From contig CBDFJF010000002.1 of the NCBI GenBank assembly GCA_965248265.1, forward strand, positions 3,264,001-3,328,000: DNA of 64,000 nt, written 5' to 3'. Within the stretch, counting starts at the first letter, position 1; every line of letters starts with the position of its first letter. The notes below the pieces were generated by a model. That model searched no databases. It was given only the letters and a program-made list of their open reading frames with translations, and was not told the origin of the DNA. The position numbers and the translations under genes are program-made. Below are positions 31,048-39,115 of this stretch, one piece after another. Origin of the DNA: Candidatus Latescibacterota bacterium (GTDB lineage Bacteria; Latescibacterota; UBA2968; UBA8231).

Positions 31048-31095
31048 AAAAGGAGTTGTCACTCACTGACTCGGTGGGCGATAACTCCTTTTTTT
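31048..31095. terminator. Intrinsic terminator after fliS
   Basis: AAAAGGAGTTGTC...GATAACTCCTTTTTTT hairpin. Confidence 0.75.
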
Positions 31096-31189
31096 ATAAA
31101 CGATAGAGCATCAGGTAGATAGCCATACCTGAGACCGAAACAGGTGTGGCGCACCAGGCTGGTGGCCCAGGTCGTACCGACCGTATGCT

Positions 31190-31561
31190 TCAGCCGAATC
31201 CCATTTTCTTGCGTTGGACTCGTTTCTTCCTGGCTTGTTCCTGCTCCTCGCTCTCCTTCGCTTCATTCTTCTCGTGATCGACTTCCATGTTTTTGAGCGA
31301 GTCGTAGTACATCCGAAGCCGGCCCTCCCTTTCCCTCAAGGGATCGACGACAACCGTCAGGTCGGCGACAATCTGTTTCTTGTCTCCCATTCCACCGCGC
31401 CATTTTTCAAGATCCGACTCGATCTTCATGAGCCTAGGAGCTATTCCGGTACTCTCGCGAGTGAAAAAGAGAATGGATCTGACCGCCATGGCGAGGGAAG
31501 CGACGATCAGGACCCCGGCGATAACTTCGGTCGATAGCACCACGTCGAGGATGTTATTCAT
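31190..31561 (-). CDS. Small membrane-anchored coiled-coil hypothetical protein
   Basis: N-terminal TM helix followed by a charged helical region. Confidence 0.7.
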   Translation of the reverse strand: MNNILDVVLSTEVIAGVLIVASLAMAVRSILFFTRESTGIAPRLMKIESDLEKWRGGMGDKKQIVADLTVVVDPLREREGRLRMYYDSLKNMEVDHEKNEAKESEEQEQARKKRVQRKKMGFG

Positions 31562-31577
31562 ACGAAACCTTGAAATG

Positions 31578-31653
31578 TGGAGCCACCCGCCGGAGTCGAA
31601 CCGGCGACCTACTCATTACGAGTGAGTTGCTCTACCAACTGAGCTAGGGTGGC
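31578..31653 (-). tRNA. tRNA-Thr (anticodon CGT)
   Basis: GCCACCCTAGCTCAGTTGGTAGAGCAACTCACTCGTAATGAGTAGGTCGCCGGTTCGACTCCGGCGGGTGGCTCCA; 76-nt cloverleaf with encoded CCA. Confidence 0.97.
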
Positions 31654-31717
31654 TGGAGTCAAAAGGGGGACATCTTTCGCTAACTTAGTCCCGTAGTGGG
31701 AGTTCGTCAACGCGAGG

Positions 31718-31761
31718 GAGCGTTGGGGCGTTGCAGAGCGTTGGGGCGTTGCCCCAACGCT
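31718..31761. repeat. Direct duplication plus hairpin downstream of ftsA
   Basis: GAGCGTTGGGGCGTTGC occurs twice (31718-31734, 31736-31752); the second copy forms AGCGTTGGGGC-GTT-GCCCCAACGCT. Confidence 0.8.
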
Positions 31762-32996
31762 TACAGGAAACTGAACAGCTTCGAGATCCTGTTTAAGATG
31801 CCGGTCTGTGAGCCGACGGCCGACAGATTGAACTCATCGGCAAAATCAGCCTGTCCATGAGCGGCGAATTGCAGAAGTCCGACGGCTGTGGTGTTGCGAG
31901 GGTCGTCCATACGTTCGGCGGAGAGAATGTCCTGGGCGGCCCCGACGCGAACGGGTACGCCGAAAACCTCCTCCCCCAATTGGGCCAGGTTACCGAGGAG
32001 GGATCCTCCCCCGGTGAATACCATGCCTGCCGACAGCATGGAGGAACTGCCACTGTCCCGCACCTCTCTGGCCACGAACTCGAGGATCTCTTGCTGGCGA
32101 GCCTCAATGATTTCACTCAACTGGTGGCGCAAGAGCGAGTGCTCACGGCCTGCGGTCGTGATGAACGAAATCGGCTCTTCGCCTTCGTCTTCCCCACCGC
32201 AGCAAACGCAACCGTGCTCGCGCTTCAACTGCTCCGCGTCCCGAGGTGAAATGTTCAGGACCACGGACATGTCTCTGGTGATATCTTCGCCCCCGAAGGG
32301 AATCTCTGCTACGTGGCGCAGATTTCCACGATACACGGCCAGATCAGAAGTACCCGCTCCGAAATCGACGATGCCGACACCCATTTCGCGCTCTTCCGGA
32401 GACAATAACACCCGTCCGATGGCTACCGACTCCAGGACAAATCCAGCAACCGCCAGGCCGGCCTCGGAAACCGCGCGTTCCAGTGTGGTGCAGAGGTTGC
32501 CTGAGGCCGCTGCGCTCAGGGTTTCGACTTCGAGTCTGTTGCCATGCAGCCAGAGGGGATTGTGCACGGGTTCATCATCGACGGCATAGCTTTGAATGAA
32601 GCGGTGAAGGACCAGCCCATCGCACGGCGGAGACGCCTGCTCGGCGGCGGCGACGGCCCGTTGAACATCGCGCTCGTCAATGGGTTCAGAAAGACCAGAA
32701 ACGGCCACGGCGCTCTTGCTGGTCTGGATTTCAATGCCCTCCCCGCCACCGACGCCGATGAATGCACCGGTGATCTTGAGCGCTGCTGAACGCTCCGCTT
32801 CGGCTACCGAATCACGGATGGCCTGGACGACTCGGGGCATGTCGATGACCGAATTGCGACGAATGCCTTGGCACGGGCTGTTGCCGGCCCCCAGGATCCG
32901 TACGTTTTCGCCATCGGGCAATCCTTCGCCGATCAGGCACTGGATTTTAGAGGCGCCGATATCGATAACTACTACGGGACTGCCAACCATTGTCAT
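31761..32996 (-). CDS. ftsA: Cell division protein FtsA (stand-alone)
   Basis: IDIGASK, GIRRNSVIDM, EEREMGVGIVDFGAGTSD, FGGEDITRD, AEQLK, IIEARQQEI, TGGGSLL, C-terminal amphipathic helix. Confidence 0.9.
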   Translation of the reverse strand: MTMVGSPVVVIDIGASKIQCLIGEGLPDGENVRILGAGNSPCQGIRRNSVIDMPRVVQAIRDSVAEAERSAALKITGAFIGVGGGEGIEIQTSKSAVAVSGLSEPIDERDVQRAVAAAEQASPPCDGLVLHRFIQSYAVDDEPVHNPLWLHGNRLEVETLSAAASGNLCTTLERAVSEAGLAVAGFVLESVAIGRVLLSPEEREMGVGIVDFGAGTSDLAVYRGNLRHVAEIPFGGEDITRDMSVVLNISPRDAEQLKREHGCVCCGGEDEGEEPISFITTAGREHSLLRHQLSEIIEARQQEILEFVAREVRDSGSSSMLSAGMVFTGGGSLLGNLAQLGEEVFGVPVRVGAAQDILSAERMDDPRNTTAVGLLQFAAHGQADFADEFNLSAVGSQTGILNRISKLFSFL

Positions 32997-33265
32997 GTTG
33001 TTATTTTCGTCAGGTGCCGATAGGTATAGAGCGCACTTGTCGACCATCCGCCGCGACCTAGCGGTGAGGGCAACATCACACGCGTATTGAGGAAAAGACA
33101 CAACAGCCGTCTTTGGAGAAATGGGGGATATGACGCGACCGGCGGGGGTGCCGGTTTTACTGCCAAATACCTGTTGCTATTGCATAACCAACTTTGTAGG
33201 ATAACCCCGTCAAGCCCGGTGTGTCAAGGACTAAAGCACCTCCGGGGGGCGAGGTACCGGCGGCG

Positions 33266-33640
33266 CTACAGGTCGTCCAGGGTGCGGAGGCGTTCGACTG
33301 TTTCCTGCAACCGCATCAAGTCAACGGGCTTCTGAAAAAAGTCTCGTGCGCCGTTCTTGAGAAGCTCACGGGCGAGGTCCTCGGAGGCATAGCCTGAAAC
33401 CACGATGACTTGTGTGGTCGGATCGATTTCCTGGATCAAGCGGAGGGTCTCCGAGCCGTCCATGTGGGGCATGGAGATATCGAGGAATACGGCATTGGGT
33501 CGGTGTTCTTTTACCCGCAGGAGTGCCTCTTGACCGTTGAGCGCCGTGTGAACGACATAACCCAGGTCCTCGAAGAATTCTTTGATGGTGGAGAGGAAAT
33601 CGCCCTCGTCATCGACGAACAGGAGTTTGTATGGCTCCAT
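33266..33640 (-). CDS. Single-domain response regulator
   Basis: LFVDDE, FLDISMPHMDG, VSGY, FQKP. Confidence 0.92.
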   Translation of the reverse strand: MEPYKLLFVDDEGDFLSTIKEFFEDLGYVVHTALNGQEALLRVKEHRPNAVFLDISMPHMDGSETLRLIQEIDPTTQVIVVSGYASEDLARELLKNGARDFFQKPVDLMRLQETVERLRTLDDL

Positions 33641-33748
33641 GGCATTAGTGGGTCACAGTGGTGATTCGGGTCATGCAACTGGAGTCGGGTACGTCAGAAG
33701 CGAACAATATACCCCGGCCCTGACACAGGGTAAAGCCCAAGGTTTTCT

Positions 33749-34246
33749 ATGAACGAGAAGCAATACCAGTTGGTTCGGGTCATCACGAAGATCCCCCTGT
33801 TCAGCGATTTGTCATTGGAAGAGATCCAGCTTCTACTGCGGGCCGGTAAAATCGTCCAGTTCAAACCCGACGAGCAAATCTACTTCTACGGTGATCCGAG
33901 CGACGAAATGCTGGTGCTGTTGCGCGGCAGGCTGGCCGTGTTGACCGAGTCTGACGAAGAGGTGGCCCGACTCGGCCCCGGTACTCCGATCGGAGAAATG
34001 GGACTGTTCACTGGCGAGCCGCGATCAGCTACCATCGTCTCGTTGGAGGCGAGTACCGCCATGGTCCTGGGTAGAAAAGAGATCGGTCTGTTGCTGGCGA
34101 CGAACAGGGAGATGCAGGTCAAGGTGCTGCAGAACCTGGTCAAGGTCTTGTGCCAGCGGCTGACCGAGGCCAATGAACTCAATGACACCCAGGCCAGGAT
34201 GATCCGCGATCTGGAGAAGAAACAGAGAGAGCTGACAGTCGATTAG
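33749..34246 (+). CDS. Cyclic nucleotide-binding domain protein
   Basis: IPLFSDLS, GEMGLFTGEPRSATI; no HTH, coiled-coil tail. Confidence 0.88.
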   Translation: MNEKQYQLVRVITKIPLFSDLSLEEIQLLLRAGKIVQFKPDEQIYFYGDPSDEMLVLLRGRLAVLTESDEEVARLGPGTPIGEMGLFTGEPRSATIVSLEASTAMVLGRKEIGLLLATNREMQVKVLQNLVKVLCQRLTEANELNDTQARMIRDLEKKQRELTVD

Positions 34247-34310
34247 CCAAGGTGGGACAGGAGCTCATGCGATGATTCACCAACCCCGGGGGATCACCGT
34301 AAACGGTGAG

Positions 34311-35513
34311 TCACCGTAACCGGTGGGTGACGGTCACCCGGGACAGAATGCCGCCACCGTGTCGGCTGCCTCCAATGAAGTCTGGTCCGTCCCGTAGGAA
34401 ATCTCGCTCGAGATGTCCGTCCAGCAGCACCGCCCCGAACTCCAGGCCCAGCCCCAACTGTATGTCGAAATGCGAATCCAGCAGCCGCGAGGGCGTTCCG
34501 GAGGCTGCCTGCTCGCGATCCACCAGTTCGGTCGAATGCCGCATCCCGAGGCGGAAGATCATCGAACCCTGCTGGGCCTCGGCTGCCAGGTGGACGGAGG
34601 GGAGGGTCAAAGTATCCTCTTCGACCATCGGCATCCCGGGATCGGTTTGATCCTGCTTGTGAGACGAAACCAGAACTCCTCCCAGTAGCAGGATGTTGCG
34701 CGTTGGCGTGAAGTTCAAGCCGGTCCCCAGTTCCCATAGGAGGCTCTCGCGGCGGCTCGGAGCAAGTGCATAGGAACCGCTCTCGATGCCGATGAGATGA
34801 ATCATCCGGAATTGCTGTCCGAGCGGCACCGTCAGGCGTATTTCACCTGTGATTCCCGTGCCATCGGTCTCTCGAACAGTCGTTCCTGGGTTGATGGTAT
34901 CGCGCAGGTCGTGACGCTGAGTACCTACGGCGACATCGAGTTGCGCGCCCTCGTTGGTACCGATACGCAATCCCACTCGCAGGTCACTTTGCCTTGCCGA
35001 GGCTTTGCGGCCATCGATTTCGACAACGTCGTAGGAGAGCCGGCCTGCCAACCCGATGTTCAGGCGCTCGCTCAGGTTGCGTGCATAGAGCATGTCGACC
35101 CAGGGACTGACATCCAGTTGGCCAAATACCGGCGTGCCATTGTCGTGGGCGTAGTTATTGAGAGCGGTCACCTGCCGTGTCGGCCGGTTGAAAAACAATC
35201 CTCCGAAGTGCGCCTTTCCCACTGGCAATACGAGGCCAGCCCATTCGTCGAAGATCTCGAAACTGGCATGGGGGAAATCGACGGCTCGCGCGGGAAAAAC
35301 GAACACATTGGTGTTGTCGTAGAGGAAACGAGAGTCACCCCCCAGTGTTGCGACCCTTATCTGGGAGGCGTCAGCTGGCGCTAGCAGCACCCAAATCAAC
35401 AGCGCTGCGATCCATCTCGAGCCCAGCCATCTACCCGTTGGATCGTTCCCATGGAACGGGATCGCGACACTGCTGAGGCCGTGACGCAGATAAGAGCAAA
35501 GAAGAAGAATCAA
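34311..35513 (-). CDS. Putative outer-membrane beta-barrel protein (start uncertain)
   Basis: Signal-like WIAALLIWVLLAPADA, then RVATLGG...D.TNVFVFPA and alternating beta-strands to the C-terminus. The ORF-track 5' extension overlaps the upstream gene and was trimmed to TTG 35513. Confidence 0.65.
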   Translation of the reverse strand: MILLLCSYLRHGLSSVAIPFHGNDPTGRWLGSRWIAALLIWVLLAPADASQIRVATLGGDSRFLYDNTNVFVFPARAVDFPHASFEIFDEWAGLVLPVGKAHFGGLFFNRPTRQVTALNNYAHDNGTPVFGQLDVSPWVDMLYARNLSERLNIGLAGRLSYDVVEIDGRKASARQSDLRVGLRIGTNEGAQLDVAVGTQRHDLRDTINPGTTVRETDGTGITGEIRLTVPLGQQFRMIHLIGIESGSYALAPSRRESLLWELGTGLNFTPTRNILLLGGVLVSSHKQDQTDPGMPMVEEDTLTLPSVHLAAEAQQGSMIFRLGMRHSTELVDREQAASGTPSRLLDSHFDIQLGLGLEFGAVLLDGHLERDFLRDGPDFIGGSRHGGGILSRVTVTHRLR

Positions 35514-35523
35514 ATGGTCGAAG

Positions 35524-37461
35524 TCAGCGGACAGCGTCCGTGTCGAAGGGAAGATCCTCGAGGTCCTCCTCTTCTTCGATGAAAGTAGGCGCCTCTTCTT
35601 CAGTACCTTCTTCGACGACTGGATTGATCTTCCAGTCCTTAGCCAGTACTTGAAAGTCCTGATCGAGGAGCTTGCTCGAGATCTCGTGGGGTCGGAAGAC
35701 CAGCTCCTCATTCGTCCGGTACAAGCGGCCCTTCCAGTTAAACATCGTGCCGTCGAGGACGAAGACGGTGCGCTCCTTTTGAATAAGCTCGTTGTTGATC
35801 TGGGCAAGCAGGTCGCCGACCGGCTCGCCGGAGGCGCCGATATCCCCTTCGTGCGGTTTTCCATCATCCTGCGGTCCGATGATGGTCGAGTTCTTGGGTT
35901 CCCGACCGTCGTAGCGGATGCTTTCGGGAATGAACTCTTCCATGTAGGGACGGGTGATGGTGTCGTAGGGGTAGAACAAGTTGGTCACAACCTTGTAGAC
36001 CCAGTCTCCGAAACGCTCGTCACGGATGCGCAGCAGTGTGCCGATTTTGACCAGCATACGGCCGTCGGCAAGCAAATGTTCGCGAACCGCGGCGATATCG
36101 AGGTCGGTGATCTCGACATCCTTTCCTCCCAGTTCGATGCTGAAGGTACCGCGGCTGGCGCTGTTGAGGATGACGACACCCTTACCCAAATGGGCGCGGA
36201 ATTTCCCCGTTTGGGCGTATGGCATTTCCATCATGAACTTGTAAAATACATTGCGATCGAGAAGCAGCGTCTCCTTGACGATGTTGGTGGATCCGGCCTG
36301 GCGGAAGACATCGCGCAGGTAATTGAGCTCATCCTGGGTAATGACTTCACCCGGGCCCCCGATCGCGTTCTTTTGGGTCTTGGAAACCTCCAGCAGGGAA
36401 GGATGATTGATCTGCGATCCCGTGGCCCAGTTAGTCAGGGTCGTCTCGTCCGCCTTCACGCCATCCCTCCAGACGAAGTAGACCTTGCCGGCAGAGCTGA
36501 AAATGAAGCTGCCTTTCTCGATCTCGACTTCGCGGCCGCCGATTTTGGCGGAGCGCTGGATGAGGCTCTCAATAGGGTATCGCTGATAGTTCGTGCGCAG
36601 CTGAAATAACGCGTCGAGATCGGACAGGGGGCCTTCGTGTGGCAAGTCGTATTCTTCCAGCATCAACCCGGTCAGCGCGCCGCTGCGGCTGATAACGAGC
36701 GTTCCTTTATCTACCCTTCTCACGTTCTCCTTCGAGGCATCGAAGAGCACATCCTCCTTGAGCAGCTCGAAGCTGTGCGGGATATCCAGCAGGCCCTGCA
36801 GGTACCTCTGGGCGGTCGTTTCCGTAACCGGCAAGACCTCGGGGTTGCTGCTGAGCTCGCGGCGCAAGGGGAGCTGCAGGGTATCGAGTAAATAGGTGTT
36901 CGGGTGACCGCCGACGCTGAGGAACAGTGTCCCTTTGCGCACCTTGATCTGCAGGGCACGTCCTTGATGCAACAGTTCATCTCGATAAACCTGGCTGCCC
37001 ATGGGCAAGTATACCGCTTGAGTCGGTCGTAGCTTTCGGGCGCAGATTTCCTTCAGTGTCTTGCGCCCGACCTCCTCGAGATGGTCGAGGAGCAAGCACT
37101 TTACGCCGAGCCGCTGACTGATCAGGACGGTTCCCAGTGGGAGCTCCTCCGGGATCGGACGCGGACGCCCGGTAGGAGGATTGATGAGAGGATCCATGTC
37201 GATGTAACTGACCGTGAATTCCTGCAGAGCGTCGCGGTTCTTGGCTTTGCGTCTCTTGGCCGATGTGCGGCCACCGTTGCGGGAGGACCGGCTTTTGGTC
37301 GGCGAGATCCTCTTGCGGACGAGCTGGAGGATGAGCAGGACCGCGATAACTGCCAGGAACCCGCCCAGAATCAGGTAGACGTTGGGGCCACCGCCAGTGG
37401 CCTCCTCCTTGAACAAATACCCACCTGATGCCTGTGCCAATACAGCTATCATGGATAGCAC
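35524..37461 (-). CDS. Hypothetical 645-aa membrane-anchored protein with internal beta repeats
   Basis: TM helix followed by a basic stretch, recurring KG(T/S)hh..xG.hY-like motifs, acidic tail; strong coding bias. Confidence 0.8.
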   Translation of the reverse strand: MLSMIAVLAQASGGYLFKEEATGGGPNVYLILGGFLAVIAVLLILQLVRKRISPTKSRSSRNGGRTSAKRRKAKNRDALQEFTVSYIDMDPLINPPTGRPRPIPEELPLGTVLISQRLGVKCLLLDHLEEVGRKTLKEICARKLRPTQAVYLPMGSQVYRDELLHQGRALQIKVRKGTLFLSVGGHPNTYLLDTLQLPLRRELSSNPEVLPVTETTAQRYLQGLLDIPHSFELLKEDVLFDASKENVRRVDKGTLVISRSGALTGLMLEEYDLPHEGPLSDLDALFQLRTNYQRYPIESLIQRSAKIGGREVEIEKGSFIFSSAGKVYFVWRDGVKADETTLTNWATGSQINHPSLLEVSKTQKNAIGGPGEVITQDELNYLRDVFRQAGSTNIVKETLLLDRNVFYKFMMEMPYAQTGKFRAHLGKGVVILNSASRGTFSIELGGKDVEITDLDIAAVREHLLADGRMLVKIGTLLRIRDERFGDWVYKVVTNLFYPYDTITRPYMEEFIPESIRYDGREPKNSTIIGPQDDGKPHEGDIGASGEPVGDLLAQINNELIQKERTVFVLDGTMFNWKGRLYRTNEELVFRPHEISSKLLDQDFQVLAKDWKINPVVEEGTEEEAPTFIEEEEDLEDLPFDTDAVR

Positions 37462-37691
37462 TTAACTCTCACAAAGAGAAGGGAATACATAACTCACGAA
37501 AGTTAAGAATGTGGGTGGAAATGTCAACCAAATTGGCCAGTCCCCACTGAGCAGGGCTGCCTTCAATGCGCCGTTCACTCTTGACCCGGCGCCAGTGAGC
37601 GTTTTACGTACGAACAACCTAGTGTACCGCAAGCAACTGCGGGTGTGCGGCGAAACCGCGCCACAGTGTAAGGAAAGCAAAGGAGTCGTCC

Positions 37692-38150
37692 ATGTCGCGT
37701 GGGGGTGTCAACAAGGTCATCTTGATCGGCAATCTGGGGTCGGACCCGGAGGTGAAATACACCCCGAGCGGAGTGCCCGTCGCCAACGTGAATCTTGCTA
37801 CCAACGAGTCCTGGACGGACCGCAGCGGCGAGAAGCAGGAGCGCACGGAGTGGCACCGTCTCGTCATCTGGCGAAAACTGGCGGAGATCGTCGGCCAGTA
37901 CTTGAGGAAAGGCAGCAAGATCTACGTGGAGGGCCGTTTGGAGACGCGCTCCTGGGACGACCAGAGCGGCCAAAAACGCTACACCACCGAAGTCGTCGTC
38001 AATGACCTGCAGATGCTGGATGGACGTGGCGACGCCGGAGGCGATATTCAGCAGGGCAATTACCAGGAGTCACCCGCCGGTGGACCACCCGGAGGCGGCT
38101 ATGCCCCTTCCGGGGGTGATTCAGCCGAGGATGACGACCTGCCGTTCTAA
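37692..38150 (+). CDS. ssb: Single-stranded DNA-binding protein
   Basis: [32 protein letters not shown], tail DDDLPF; AAGGAG RBS. Confidence 0.98.
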   Translation: MSRGGVNKVILIGNLGSDPEVKYTPSGVPVANVNLATNESWTDRSGEKQERTEWHRLVIWRKLAEIVGQYLRKGSKIYVEGRLETRSWDDQSGQKRYTTEVVVNDLQMLDGRGDAGGDIQQGNYQESPAGGPPGGGYAPSGGDSAEDDDLPF

Positions 38151-38242
38151 TTCGCCCCTAGGGGCGAATTCCTTCACCCGTAGCGGCGGATTCCGCCTCT
38201 ATTGTCCGCAGCTCACCCAATCTATCAAGTGACACCCGGCTT

Positions 38243-39115
38243 TTGGCAGGGAGTTTCTACCATCTCATACTAGCCCAGAAGGCAGCACCGCTTGCACTAG
38301 CCGAGCTGGGGCAGCGCTCCGATGCTGTCCTCACTGCCTTCGCCGCAGGTGCAGTGGCTCCGGATCTTGGATTCTTTCCCGGCGGTCCTAAATCCTTCTC
38401 ACACCGAGTGCACCACGAGAGTACAGGTGACTTCGTGGGCTCGATCGTAGCTGCTGCCGAAAGTCCTGAGGAGCAGGCCTTCGCGAGGGGGTGGGCGTTG
38501 CATGTGATAACCGATATTGCCATCCACCCGTTCGTCAACGCCGAGGCCGCTGAGAGGGGCGCGTCTGAGAAGGCAGCAAAAGATCGTAAGCAATTGTGGC
38601 ACAAGAAAATAGAGTGGGGATTTGACTGCCATGCCCTGTCTTTGGAGCAAGCGGCGCGAATCGATGGTCGTGTAGATGCCCTGAAGCAGACCGAACCCGC
38701 GAAATCCTTTCTGAGCGCGGCTTCGAACATGTACGGTAGCGACGCCTCCGAGCCGGACATTCGGCGCGGTTGGGCCTCGATGGTGTCCTGGGTGGCGCGT
38801 ATCATGCGGATTCTGCTGTGGACGGGGAGTGTTACATGGCCGCAACACCGCTTTTCCATCGGGCTCTGGGCGCGCCCGTTGAAGCCACTGACCCACGGCG
38901 TCGGTAGGCTCTTGGAGATGCATGAAGCTCTATATGACGCGGCGGCGGTGGCCAGACCCCACGTCCCGGACGCAAGGTTCATCGAGACCATGACGGGTTT
39001 GGGAAACGTCGCGTTGGAACGATACGGCAAGGCAATCGCAGGAGGCCTATCCAACCTGCCCAACCTCGATCTTGATACTGGTCAGGCGATTGACCGGGGA
39101 CAATCCAACGGTTGA
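38243..39115 (+). CDS. Zinc-dependent phospholipase C family protein
   Basis: N-terminal H, GAVAPD, HH, GWALHVITDIAIHPFV, H..IE...D. Confidence 0.75.
   Translation: MAGSFYHLILAQKAAPLALAELGQRSDAVLTAFAAGAVAPDLGFFPGGPKSFSHRVHHESTGDFVGSIVAAAESPEEQAFARGWALHVITDIAIHPFVNAEAAERGASEKAAKDRKQLWHKKIEWGFDCHALSLEQAARIDGRVDALKQTEPAKSFLSAASNMYGSDASEPDIRRGWASMVSWVARIMRILLWTGSVTWPQHRFSIGLWARPLKPLTHGVGRLLEMHEALYDAAAVARPHVPDARFIETMTGLGNVALERYGKAIAGGLSNLPNLDLDTGQAIDRGQSNG

Noticed and set aside
31578-31653. tRNA-Thr as an island integration site
   Set aside because: I noticed no duplicated tRNA 3' end, integrase or compositional shift nearby.
35650-36609. 319-aa plus-strand ORF
   Set aside because: Antisense to the 645-aa gene, whose frame has the coherent domain structure.
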